64,000 nucleotides of DNA from Thermoanaerobaculia bacterium (GCA_036399915.1 DASWME010000013.1:1724-65723), one strand, 5' to 3'; positions 49,052-57,675 are shown, counted from the stretch's first letter. Translations and numbers: made by a program. Notes: a model not told the origin generated them from the sequence alone.

Positions 49052-50977
49052 ACCGGGGTTGCACCGGCCGTTGACACCACCTACATCTACGACGACCCCG
49101 CGGTGCCGTTGTCCAAAGGCCGCCTGACGAAGATCGCCAGAAGCGGCTCCGAGGTCGCCTACGCCTACGACCGCTTCGGAAGGGTCACCCAGGATGGCGA
49201 GCTGACCTATCGATACGACCAGAACGGCAACCGCGCCGAGATCGGCTATCCTGGAGGGGTGACCGCGCGCTTGACGCACAACTTCGCCGACCGGGACGCC
49301 TCGCTGGAGGTGCAGGCGGGGAGCGCGGCCCCGCAGGCGATCGTTTCCGGCGCCCGCTACAAGCCCTTCGGCCCGCTCGCCGGCTTCACCTTCGGTAACG
49401 GCCTGGCCGAGATCCGGAGCTTCGATCCGCGCTACTTCCCCAGCCGCATCGAAGTGCCGGGGCGGTTGGACCAGCTCTACTCGACCGACAGGGTCGGCAA
49501 CGTTCTCAGCCTCAACCGGGCGGTGGGAGCGGACCGCTTCTTCTCGACCTTTGTCTATCAAGATCCACAGTACTTCTTGACCGAAGGCAACGGCCCCTGG
49601 GGACGGCGGGCCTGGAGCTACGACCGCATCGGCAACCGACTGAGCGAGATCCCCCCGGTCGACCTCGATCCGCCGGTGGAGATCTTCACCTACTCCTACC
49701 CCTCCAACCAGGCGGGCGGCCATAACCCCAAGCTGTCACGTATTGAACCGGCGCCGGGAGGAGAGCCGGGGAGCCATTTAGATTACGGCTACGATGCGTC
49801 CGGCAACGAGACCACGGTAGCCGCAGTCACCGGCGAAGAATCGGGCCGGACGAGCTTCCTTACGTACAGCGCCGAGAGCCGCCTCTCCCGGCTCTCGACG
49901 AGCGATGGGACGGCTTCGACCGAGCTGCTCTACGATGGCCGCGGGTTCCTGCGGCGCTCCCGGCTGACCTTCTCGAACTCCACTGACTTCGAGCAAACCG
50001 AGCCCACCTACAGCTCTGAAGGGCTGCTGTTAGCTCGCAAGATCCACCAGCAGAACACCCGCGGCGGGCGAGGAGATACGGGAGCCCCACCCTCGAGCCG
50101 AGTCGTCATGGAGACGGCCTACCTCTTCTACTTCGCGGGCCGGCCGGTGGCGCAGTTGACGCGACCGCAGGCGGGAGGGGGAGCGGATACGCTCCTCTAC
50201 CTCACGACCGATCATTTAGGCACGCCTATCCAGGCCACGGACGTGGCGGGCATGCTCGTGTGGGAGGGAGGACTCGATCCGTTCGGCACGCCGTTCGTTT
50301 TCCCTGCCCCCCGGCCTCCAGGGGAGGGTGAAGACCCGCAGGAGCCGCCCGAAGGTGAAGATCAGAGCGCCGCAGCCACGGCAACGATGGAGAGCGCAGG
50401 GATTTTCCTACGCTTCCCCGGCCAGTGGGATGACTCGAGTTTCCGCTCGCATGGTTTGCGGGGAGGGTTGTATTACAACGTGCACCGTTACTACGACGTG
50501 AGCACAGGCCGGTACACGAGGCCGGATCCGATTGGGCTGGCCGGCGGCGAAAACCTATATGTGTACGTCGGCGGAAACCCGATCACGTCCGTAGATCCAA
50601 CGGGCTTAATCGACGAGACTCGCTTCCCCACGCCCGACGAGATCGCCGAACTAACGCAGCGTCACTGTGCTCGCCAGGCCATTCTGCGGAACTACGGCGA
50701 CATGCGAGAGGCAAACTGGAGGCGCTCTGACAAGTACTTCCACTGCAAAGCAACCTGCGAGGCAGCAAGGTGTGGCACATTCGGCTTCAAGGAGGCTTGT
50801 GGGCTCGGCGACTTGCGCGAGTTCTTCGACCGACTGTTGGGAGATCCGATCAGCGCCTCGCAGGCGGATCAAGCGGCTAACCGTTTTGGCCGTGAGGAAG
50901 CGGGCAGGAAACCGAACTTGACTTGCCAGATTATCTGTTCGCAATATCGGCCGGCAGGCTTGCCGGAGAGGTACTGA
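49052..50977 (+). CDS. N-terminally truncated (orphan) RHS/YD-repeat protein with serum amyloid A-like C-terminal tip
   Basis: YD repeats (YAYDRFGR, YRYDQNGNR, WSYDRIGNR), DHLGTP, LRFPGQ, YYNVHRYYD, PDPIG...NP...DPTG core end; first possible start GTG 49103. Confidence 0.9.
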   Translation, partial: TGVAPAVDTTYIYDDPAVPLSKGRLTKIARSGSEVAYAYDRFGRVTQDGELTYRYDQNGNRAEIGYPGGVTARLTHNFADRDASLEVQAGSAAPQAIVSGARYKPFGPLAGFTFGNGLAEIRSFDPRYFPSRIEVPGRLDQLYSTDRVGNVLSLNRAVGADRFFSTFVYQDPQYFLTEGNGPWGRRAWSYDRIGNRLSEIPPVDLDPPVEIFTYSYPSNQAGGHNPKLSRIEPAPGGEPGSHLDYGYDASGNETTVAAVTGEESGRTSFLTYSAESRLSRLSTSDGTASTELLYDGRGFLRRSRLTFSNSTDFEQTEPTYSSEGLLLARKIHQQNTRGGRGDTGAPPSSRVVMETAYLFYFAGRPVAQLTRPQAGGGADTLLYLTTDHLGTPIQATDVAGMLVWEGGLDPFGTPFVFPAPRPPGEGEDPQEPPEGEDQSAAATATMESAGIFLRFPGQWDDSSFRSHGLRGGLYYNVHRYYDVSTGRYTRPDPIGLAGGENLYVYVGGNPITSVDPTGLIDETRFPTPDEIAELTQRHCARQAILRNYGDMREANWRRSDKYFHCKATCEAARCGTFGFKEACGLGDLREFFDRLLGDPISASQADQAANRFGREEAGRKPNLTCQIICSQYRPAGLPERY

Positions 50978-50986
50978 GGGTTGGCG

Positions 50987-51142
50987 ATGTCGAAATCACC
51001 GCGTGTCCTTTCGTTGGCCATTCTCGCGGCGTTGGTGGTCGCGGCGGTCATCTTTACGTGGCTTTGGCGGCAGCTTCAGATCGATAGGTGTCTTGACCGC
51101 GGAGGCAGTTGGGATTACTCCGCGGGTGCGTGCAAGCAGTAG
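50987..51142 (+). CDS. Candidate immunity protein, 51 aa, single TM + Cys pair (below ORF-track cutoff)
   Basis: Own translation MSKSPRVLSLAILAALVVAAVIFTWLWRQLQIDRCLDRGGSWDYSAGACKQ; GAGG upstream; 9 nt after the RHS stop. Confidence 0.7.
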   Translation: MSKSPRVLSLAILAALVVAAVIFTWLWRQLQIDRCLDRGGSWDYSAGACKQ

Positions 51143-51216
51143 CAATTGCGGCTTCTGCGGTAGGATGGGGCAAGACACCCATGGGACCGCTACCTTGATC
51201 AGGCACGCTGGGACTG

Positions 51217-51312
51217 ATGGCCGCTGTAGCCAGCGGCGAGGGCTCAGGGCGGACGAGTTTCCTCGACTACAGCGCCGAAAGCCGCCTCTCCCGGCTCTCG
51301 ACGAGCGATGGA
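51217..51312 (+). pseudogene. Relic fragment of a second RHS core
   Basis: Encodes SGRTSFLDYSAESRLSRLSTSDG vs SGRTSFLTYSAESRLSRLSTSDG at 49817-49909. Confidence 0.8.
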
Positions 51313-51420
51313 ATTTGCGGTTCTTACCCGCGTTCGACACCTGGAAGTTGTAGGTAAGAGGGGTGGCTCGCGCGCCCCACACAGGACCGCCCCTACAGTC
51401 AGATCCGTTGTGATACCCCA

Positions 51421-51786
51421 CTAGCCGCGCCGCCCGGTCTTCTTCGGCTGCTGCTTCAGGGCGGCGCGGATCCTCTCGTCGATGACATGGGCGACATAGT
51501 CGTCGAGGCTGCGCCAGTCCGGCTCCTGGGTTCGGGCAGGGCCGGCGCCGTCCTGGCCCGATCTGTCCTCGAAGAAGTAGGTGAGGGGCACGCCGAGCTG
51601 CTCGGCCAGCCGGCAGAGCAGGTTCACCGACAGGCGCTTGCCGCCCTTGCGGCGGAACAGGTCGCTGACCTGGCCGGGCGTATACCCCTGAGCTTCCTCA
51701 AAGGGCCTCACCCCGCCGCGCTCGCGGAGGAGACCCTTCAGCCGGTCGAGGGTCCTCTGCTCCGCGGGATGCCGGGGGACGGCCAT
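51421..51786 (-). CDS. XRE-like HTH regulator (cI-like position)
   Basis: FEEAQGYTPGQVSDLFRR...LSVNLLCRLAEQLGVPLTYFF. Confidence 0.75.
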   Translation of the reverse strand: MAVPRHPAEQRTLDRLKGLLRERGGVRPFEEAQGYTPGQVSDLFRRKGGKRLSVNLLCRLAEQLGVPLTYFFEDRSGQDGAGPARTQEPDWRSLDDYVAHVIDERIRAALKQQPKKTGRRG

Positions 51787-51819
51787 TTCAAAAAAAGGAT
51801 CGCCTGAACCGGCTCGCGG

Positions 51820-51888
51820 TGTCAAGCGAGAGAGATGGCGGCATTTCCGAAACAATCCATTGACAGTTCGGAAGGGTGGTCATAGTCT
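51820..51888. promoter_or_regulatory. Back-to-back sigma70 promoters with operator-like inverted repeat
   Basis: TTGACA on - (51825-51820) and on + (51860-51865); + -10 TAGTCT at 17-nt spacing; TTCCGAA-N15-TTCGGAA. Confidence 0.7.
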
Positions 51889-51894
51889 TCGTCC

Positions 51895-52185
51895 ATGCAA
51901 CCAAACCATCCGCGTCGCGTTCGCAAGGGCGCCCGGCTGAAGGCTGGCCGGGCCGTGGCGAGCAGCCCGATCCAGGCCCGCCGCCTCGAGCTCAATCTCA
52001 CGCAGGACGATGTCGGCCAGATGGTAGGGGTGACGGGCCGGCACATCGCGAACATCGAAGCCGGCCGGGTCGCTCAGCCTCCGGAGTGGCTGTTCCTGCT
52101 GGCCGATGCGCTGAAGGTGGATCCGATGGTGCTGTTCCAGTGGTTCAAGGCGGCGCAGCGGAGCCTCGCCGGGGTGCGGACGTGA
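51895..52185 (+). CDS. XRE-family HTH regulator (cro-like position, probably leaderless)
   Basis: IQARRLELNLTQDDVGQMVGVTGRHIANIEAGR; ATG 6 nt after the -10 box. Confidence 0.85.
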   Translation: MQPNHPRRVRKGARLKAGRAVASSPIQARRLELNLTQDDVGQMVGVTGRHIANIEAGRVAQPPEWLFLLADALKVDPMVLFQWFKAAQRSLAGVRT

Positions 52186-52210
52186 GGGGCTCGCGGACGC
52201 TGGCGGCACC

Positions 52211-52333
52211 GGCCCGACCGCGGCCGCCTGCGCCAGGCCGCGGAGATCCCGGACGATCTGGGGCTCAGCCCGACGTTCGTGCCGTTCCTGACGATCGAGG
52301 CGTACGGGTACCTGGATTAGAATGTCCGCCGGC
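52211..52333 (+). repeat. Right copy (attR-like): orphan 3' end of malate synthase
   Basis: Encodes [34 protein letters not shown] vs ace[35 protein letters not shown]. Confidence 0.9.
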
Positions 52334-52398
52334 AGAAAACAGGCGTCAGACGCGGAAAAGAGGGTAAGATAGGCCATCTTCGGAAATAGGAGGCGGGC

Positions 52399-52746
52399 AT
52401 GCATGGCAAGAAGACCCCGGCAGTCCTCTGGTTGACGGTTGCACTCCTGGGGCTGGTGGCCACGGGCTGCGGCAAGGGATACAAGCAGATCGTGGTCATC
52501 GACAGCGGGGCGGCGGAGTGGGTGACCCTCGGGAGGGGTCCCAGGAAGCCACAGGAGGAGAAGATCTGGGTCCCCGGCAGAACCCTGGTCTTCCGCACGG
52601 ACTCGACGGTTCCGGGCGCCCCGACCAGCGCCAAAGGCAAGGCCGGGCACGTCTACCGGCTCAACGACCAGTTGGAGATGGAGGAGATCGGCGAGTTTCC
52701 GCTCACCATGCCCAACGACACGCTGGCGTACCAGTACGGGACTTGA
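52399..52746 (+). CDS. Putative lipoprotein
   Basis: Signal peptide with lipobox VATG-C; AGGAGG RBS. Confidence 0.7.
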   Translation: MHGKKTPAVLWLTVALLGLVATGCGKGYKQIVVIDSGAAEWVTLGRGPRKPQEEKIWVPGRTLVFRTDSTVPGAPTSAKGKAGHVYRLNDQLEMEEIGEFPLTMPNDTLAYQYGT

Positions 52747-52877
52747 GGGCGGCCGCGCTCTCCTCCCGGTCGTCGGACGGCGAGCCCTGCGCTGGCGGCC
52801 AGGTTCTCCTCGGCATAGACCTTGGTGGAGCGGCGCGCGGATGGAGCGCCTCCTCCGGGAGCGGTATACTGCGAGGC

Positions 52878-53108
52878 ATGTCACCCACGGCTGAAGAGGT
52901 GCTCAAGCAGGCGCTCACGCTTGATGAGAGCGATCGAGCCTCGGTCGCCGGAGCCTTGATCGAGAGCCTCCACGAGCAGGTGGATCCGGACGCCGAAGAG
53001 GCCTGGGACGCGGTAATCCGGCGACGGGTCGAGGAGTTGGAGTCGGGAGCCGTTGAGACGATTCCTTGGACCGAAGTGAGGAAGCGTCTGTTCCGTGGCT
53101 TCGAGTGA
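52878..53108 (+). CDS. Putative addiction module antitoxin (TIGR02574-like)
   Basis: AL.L...DRA..A..LIESL...AW...I.RR..EL.SG....IPW.EV. Confidence 0.85.
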   Translation: MSPTAEEVLKQALTLDESDRASVAGALIESLHEQVDPDAEEAWDAVIRRRVEELESGAVETIPWTEVRKRLFRGFE

Positions 53109-53391
53109 GCTACGTTGGCATCCCGCAGCGCTTACGGATGCAGAGGAGGCGAGGAGCTGGTACGCGGAGCGCAGTCCCTTGGCCGCCCGCGGGTTCCTCC
53201 TTGCTCTCGATCAGGGCATCAAAGCGATCCTGGAGGCGCCGGAACGCTGGCCCAAGCATCGCTACGGATGCCGGCGCTATGTCTTCCCGAATCAGTACCC
53301 GTACACGCTGATCTATCGGCTCACGCCAGGCGTTGAAATCGTCGCGGTGGCCCATCAGAAGCGGCGGCCTGGCTATTGGAGGCACCGTTGA
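53095..53391 (+). CDS. ParE/RelE-family toxin
   Basis: HPAA..D..EA..WY, PERWP, FPY.LIYR, IVAVAHQKRRPGYW; overlaps the antitoxin. Confidence 0.85.
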   Translation: MASSELRWHPAALTDAEEARSWYAERSPLAARGFLLALDQGIKAILEAPERWPKHRYGCRRYVFPNQYPYTLIYRLTPGVEIVAVAHQKRRPGYWRHR

Positions 53392-54426
53392 CTAGAACAT
53401 ATACGCCACAGCGAAGGCCACCTGCGCGCCCATCATCATCAGGTACATGTGCTTCCAGGAGGGGTGGTTCTCCGTCGCGGTGAGCGAGTCCGGATCGCGC
53501 AGCAGCAGGTAGACCGTGTAGACGCCCCAGACTGTGAACAGCACGCCGAAAGCGGTGAGGAGCCAGGGGTTGCCGGTGAGGATGGGGTGCGACGGGTTCT
53601 GGGGATCGGGGAGGAAGGCGCCCAGGGGCACGAAGAGCCAGGGGAGCACGAAGAACGGGGCGATGATCCAGGCGGCTTTCTTGACGCCGTAGAGGATCGG
53701 CAGCGTCTTGCAGCCGCCGGCGCGGTCCCCCTCGATGTCGGCGAAGTCCTTGGTGGACGAGGCGCCGATCAGGAACAGGCCGATGACGCCGCCGATGTAC
53801 CAGGGCTCCGTGTACCAGACGTGGGCCACCATGGCCCATCCCGCCACCTTGAGCAGGACGCCGCGGGGGATCGCGATGGTGAAGTTGGCGAGCATGCCGC
53901 GCGTCTTGGTCCGCCCCAGCTCCGGCGCCGAGTAGACGAAGGTGAAGAGCAGGCCCGCGAGATAGATGAAGAACGTCACGTGCTCGGCGAGGGGCGCCGT
54001 GAGCTTCTGCTCGAGGGTCACGTACGGATAGGGGACCACCAGCCAGGTGGGGATCAGCGCCAGGGCGTAGAAGAGCCAGGTGAAGCCCCAGGCTTCGCGC
54101 AGCGAGAGGGCGCCGGTGACCAGCGGCCGGTTGGGCTTGTTGAGCCGGTCGATCTCGAGGTCGTAGATCTGGTTGATGGCGTTCGAGGCCGCGTTCATGA
54201 AGCTCGCGCAGAGGGAGCCCAGGACGACCGTGAGCACCACCGAGGGGGTGAGGCTGCGGGAGGGGTCCGGGTTGTGCACCGAGCCGAAGGCGCAGATCGA
54301 GCCGGAGACGATGCCCAGCAGCGGCGGCAGCAGGGTGAACGGGCGCGCGAGCTGCGTATAGAGCTGGAGCTTGGACGCCCCCGGCTTGCCCGGGACGGAA
54401 GACGACGAAACGGCTGCGGACTTCAT
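53392..54426 (-). CDS. UbiA-family prenyltransferase (DGGGP-synthase/chlorophyll-synthase-like branch)
   Basis: NQIYDLEIDRLNKPNRPL, YSAP, KDFADIEGD..GCKTLP. Confidence 0.9.
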   Translation of the reverse strand: MKSAAVSSSSVPGKPGASKLQLYTQLARPFTLLPPLLGIVSGSICAFGSVHNPDPSRSLTPSVVLTVVLGSLCASFMNAASNAINQIYDLEIDRLNKPNRPLVTGALSLREAWGFTWLFYALALIPTWLVVPYPYVTLEQKLTAPLAEHVTFFIYLAGLLFTFVYSAPELGRTKTRGMLANFTIAIPRGVLLKVAGWAMVAHVWYTEPWYIGGVIGLFLIGASSTKDFADIEGDRAGGCKTLPILYGVKKAAWIIAPFFVLPWLFVPLGAFLPDPQNPSHPILTGNPWLLTAFGVLFTVWGVYTVYLLLRDPDSLTATENHPSWKHMYLMMMGAQVAFAVAYMF

Positions 54427-54435
54427 GCGCGGACC

Positions 54436-55776
54436 TCAGACGACCCAGGGCGCGAAGATCACGGCGACCAGGGCCCCCACCAGGGTGTTGAGAAAGTTCA
54501 GGGCTTCGTTGTCGAGCAACTGGCGCCGTTCGAGGGCCGCTCCCACGACGCTCTCGAAGGTGGTGCCGACGAAGGCGGCGAAGACCACGGGCAGCACGCC
54601 GTGCCAGGAGAACAGGCCGAGGGCGGCGCCGAGGACGGCGATCACCGCCGCGGCGAGGATGCCCGCGAGCGTGCCTTCGAGGGAGACGGCGCCCTCGGTG
54701 CCGCGGGGCACGGGGCGGAAGTTGGTGACGAGGAAGGTGCGGCGCCCGATGAGCTGGCCGATCTCGCTGGAGGAGGTGTCGGCGGCGGCGGTGGCGAAGG
54801 CCCCGGCGAAGGCCAGGGCGAAGAGCACGGGATGCGGGGTCAGCGCCGCGAACACCGCGCAGGCGGTGGCCACCCCGGCGTTGGCGAGGGCGTGGCGCGC
54901 CCCCCGCCGTCCCTTGTTCTCCTGGGCCAGCTTCGCCGCCTCCTTCTTGCGGTAGCCGAGCTTGGTGGCTGCGCTGCCGAGGACGAAGAAGGCCAGCAGG
55001 AGCAGGTAGCCGCGCCAGTCGAGGAAGGCGTAGATGACGAATCCCACGAGGAAGCCCACCACCACGCCCGAACGGTTCACGGTGCGGGCCGCGTAGGCCG
55101 CGACGGCGAGCGCCGCGTTGACGGCGACGGCGAGCAGCAGCCTGAGGGGGAGGCCGTCCTGGGCCAGGAACTCCCCCCAGCGGCCCTCGGTGAGCACGAG
55201 GCCGAGCAGGAAGAGCCCGGAGACGAGCGGCACGCCGATGTTGTCGTCGAGCCCCTGCGGCAGCGATTCGAGGGCAGCGGCGAAAAGGGCGGTCGCAAAG
55301 GCGACGGCGAGCGCGAAGGGCCGCTCGTAGCGGCCCGGCGCCGTCCACACCAGCAGGGCGAAGGCGGCGAAGCCGCCGAAGACGACGTAGGCGAGGCTTC
55401 CCACCCAGCTCTTCCGGGGGTTCCACGGCAGCTTGCGCCGGCCGAAGCTCATGCCGGCCACCGAGGCCATGCCGTCGCCGAAGGCGAGAATCCCCCACGT
55501 TGCCGCGGCGACCTCGAGGCGCTGGTAGAAGACCAGGATCAGCAGCAGGACGGCGAGCGGGTAGAGGATGATGCCGATCGAGGCGCCGGCCGCGTGCTCG
55601 GCCTCGCGCCAGAGCTTGCGGCCGCCGATCTTCGGGAGGAGGAAGAGGTTGAAAGCCAGGGCGCTCGCGGCACACACGGCCGACCAGAAGGGGCCCAGGT
55701 AACGTAGGGAGAAGGCGATCAGCCCCACGCCCATGTGGACGACCTTGCGCGCCAGCTCGCCGCGGGTCAGCGCCAC
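54436..55776 (-). CDS. Phytol/dolichol-kinase-like + DUF92 membrane fusion protein
   Basis: N-half ELARKVVH, GDGMAS..G...PWNPRKSWVGS; C-half VLANAG, AADTSSSEIG, GTEGAVSLEGT, NEALNFLNT. Confidence 0.8.
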   Translation of the reverse strand: MALTRGELARKVVHMGVGLIAFSLRYLGPFWSAVCAASALAFNLFLLPKIGGRKLWREAEHAAGASIGIILYPLAVLLLILVFYQRLEVAAATWGILAFGDGMASVAGMSFGRRKLPWNPRKSWVGSLAYVVFGGFAAFALLVWTAPGRYERPFALAVAFATALFAAALESLPQGLDDNIGVPLVSGLFLLGLVLTEGRWGEFLAQDGLPLRLLLAVAVNAALAVAAYAARTVNRSGVVVGFLVGFVIYAFLDWRGYLLLLAFFVLGSAATKLGYRKKEAAKLAQENKGRRGARHALANAGVATACAVFAALTPHPVLFALAFAGAFATAAADTSSSEIGQLIGRRTFLVTNFRPVPRGTEGAVSLEGTLAGILAAAVIAVLGAALGLFSWHGVLPVVFAAFVGTTFESVVGAALERRQLLDNEALNFLNTLVGALVAVIFAPWVV

Positions 55777-56756
55777 TGTCCGCTGTCTTTCAACCAGGCC
55801 ACCGTCGCGGCCAGCCCCTCGGTCAGCGGGCGCCAGCGGTAGCCCAGTTCGCGCTCGGCGCGCGCCGAGCTGTAGGCCCAGTCGTGCTTGTAGACCTCGA
55901 CGAGATCCGGGGTGAGCTGGGGCGTCGAGCCGCGCAGGCGGGCCCAGGCCTTCTGCGCCGCGCCCGCGGCCTTGGCGAGGGGGTCGGGGATGCGGAGCGT
56001 GGGGATCTTCGCTCCGGTCAGCCGCCCGACCAGGCCGTAGAACTCGGCGAGGGTGACGTTCTCCCCGCCCAGGACGTAGCGCCCGCCGGGGGACGGCTTC
56101 TCCAGGACGAGGGCGATGCCGCGGGCCACGTCGTCCACGTAAACGTAGTTCCAGCGCCGCTCGGGGCTGCCGATGAGACCCGGCAGGCGGCCGTGGACGA
56201 GGTCCAGGATGTGGCGCACCACGATGTTGCCTTCCGTCATCTCGCCGGGGCCGTAGGTCACGCCGGGGTAGACCACGTCGAGGGGGACGCCGGCGGCCAT
56301 GGCCCGGCGCGCCAGGCGGTCGGAAAAGGCCTTGGTGCGCTCGTAGTCGTTGATCCAGGCGCGGTCGCGCGGCTCGGCGGACTCGTCGAGCACCGTGCCG
56401 TCCGTCGGTCCCAGGGCGATGAAGCTGGAGACGTAGAGCAGCCGCCGCACGGTGCCCGCCTCCTCAGCCGCCGCCAGGATGTTCTCCAGGCCGCCGACGT
56501 TGATGCGGTCGAACTGCTCGCGCGGCGCCAGGATCTTGACCAGCGCCGCCGCGTGCACCACGGCGTCGCATCCCTCCAGGGCCCGGCCGAGGCTCGCGCG
56601 ATCCGTCACGTCCCCTTCGGCGAACTCGACGCCCGCCGCAAAGCGCTCGCGGGACGAGCCGCGGCGCACGAGCAGGCGCAGATCGTGCTGCGAGGCAAGC
56701 TCGGAGACGATGCGCCGGCCGAGGAAGCCGGTGCCGCCGGTGACGAGGATCTTCAT
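55767..56756 (-). CDS. NAD-dependent epimerase/dehydratase (HpnA/DFR-like SDR)
   Basis: TGGTGFLG, HAAA, INVGG..N, YERTK, VYPG..YGPG, GGRYVLGGEN. Confidence 0.88.
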   Translation of the reverse strand: MKILVTGGTGFLGRRIVSELASQHDLRLLVRRGSSRERFAAGVEFAEGDVTDRASLGRALEGCDAVVHAAALVKILAPREQFDRINVGGLENILAAAEEAGTVRRLLYVSSFIALGPTDGTVLDESAEPRDRAWINDYERTKAFSDRLARRAMAAGVPLDVVYPGVTYGPGEMTEGNIVVRHILDLVHGRLPGLIGSPERRWNYVYVDDVARGIALVLEKPSPGGRYVLGGENVTLAEFYGLVGRLTGAKIPTLRIPDPLAKAAGAAQKAWARLRGSTPQLTPDLVEVYKHDWAYSSARAERELGYRWRPLTEGLAATVAWLKDSGQWR

Positions 56757-56775
56757 GGCGATGCTACCAGGGATT

Positions 56776-57672
56776 CTACCTCACGGTGTCCCACAGATCT
56801 CTCAGGGCGTCGTCCAGGGTCCGCCGCGGCTCCCAGCCGAGGGCGCGCAGCCGGCTGGCGTCGCCGGCGAGGTAGGGGATGTCGTAGGGACGGGCGGGAT
56901 AGACCCCTTCCTTGACCTCGGCGTCGACGCCCGAGATCTCGCGCAGGCGGTTCAGGGCGTCGCGCATCTGGACGGCCCTGCCGGTGGCCAGGTTGTAGAC
57001 CGTCCCCCGCTCCCCCTTCTCCGCCAGGACCCGGTAGGCCTCGGCTCCGTCGTCGACGTGGACGAAGTCGCGCCATGTCGAGAGGTTGCCCGCCTCGAGG
57101 ACCGCTTGCCGTTCACCGCGCCGGATCTCGGCGAGCTTGGCAGCCCAGCCCGCGAGGGAGAACTTGGCGGCCTGCCCCGGCCCCAGCAGATTGAACGAAC
57201 GGGCGATCACGGCGTCGTGGGCCACGGCGAGCCGCTCGGATGCGGCCTTGGTCAAGGCGTAGGGAGTCTGGGGAGCGATGCGCCGGTGCTCGGAGATCGG
57301 CTGCTCCTCCCGTGGGACCATGCCGTAGACGTCGGCGCTCGACGCGATCACGACGCGCCGGCCCGCCGCTGCGACGAGCAGGTTCTCGGTGCCCACGACG
57401 TTGACCCAGTAATAGTCGGGGATCAGCTTCGAGTCCCAGGATTCGCCGACGTGGGCCAGGCCCGCGAGGTTGACGATCGCGTCGGGATCGGCCGCACGGA
57501 TCACCTCTTCCAGGGCCGCCGGGTCCAGCAGATCCGCCGCGTAGAGGTCCGCGCCCGCCACCGCCGGACGGGTGTTGATATAGGTCCCGCTCACGCGGTC
57601 CCCGCGTTCGAGGAGGTGCCGGGCGAGCCGGGACCCCACGAAGCCGCCGATGCCGGTGATCAGGACCCGCAT
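56776..57672 (-). CDS. GDP-sugar reductase/dehydratase (Rmd/Gmd-like SDR)
   Basis: TGIGGFVG, HLAG-like LAHVGESW, SSADVYG, PYALTK, RDFVHVDD. Confidence 0.85.
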   Translation of the reverse strand: MRVLITGIGGFVGSRLARHLLERGDRVSGTYINTRPAVAGADLYAADLLDPAALEEVIRAADPDAIVNLAGLAHVGESWDSKLIPDYYWVNVVGTENLLVAAAGRRVVIASSADVYGMVPREEQPISEHRRIAPQTPYALTKAASERLAVAHDAVIARSFNLLGPGQAAKFSLAGWAAKLAEIRRGERQAVLEAGNLSTWRDFVHVDDGAEAYRVLAEKGERGTVYNLATGRAVQMRDALNRLREISGVDAEVKEGVYPARPYDIPYLAGDASRLRALGWEPRRTLDDALRDLWDTVR

Positions 57673-57675
57673 GGC

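Larger units (their letters stand above)
43284..52333. mobile_element. Genomic island inserted at the aceB 3' end (no integrase visible)
   Basis: Flanking aceB-end duplication 9,050 bp apart; carries regulators, RHS toxin and cI/cro-like switch. Confidence 0.6.
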
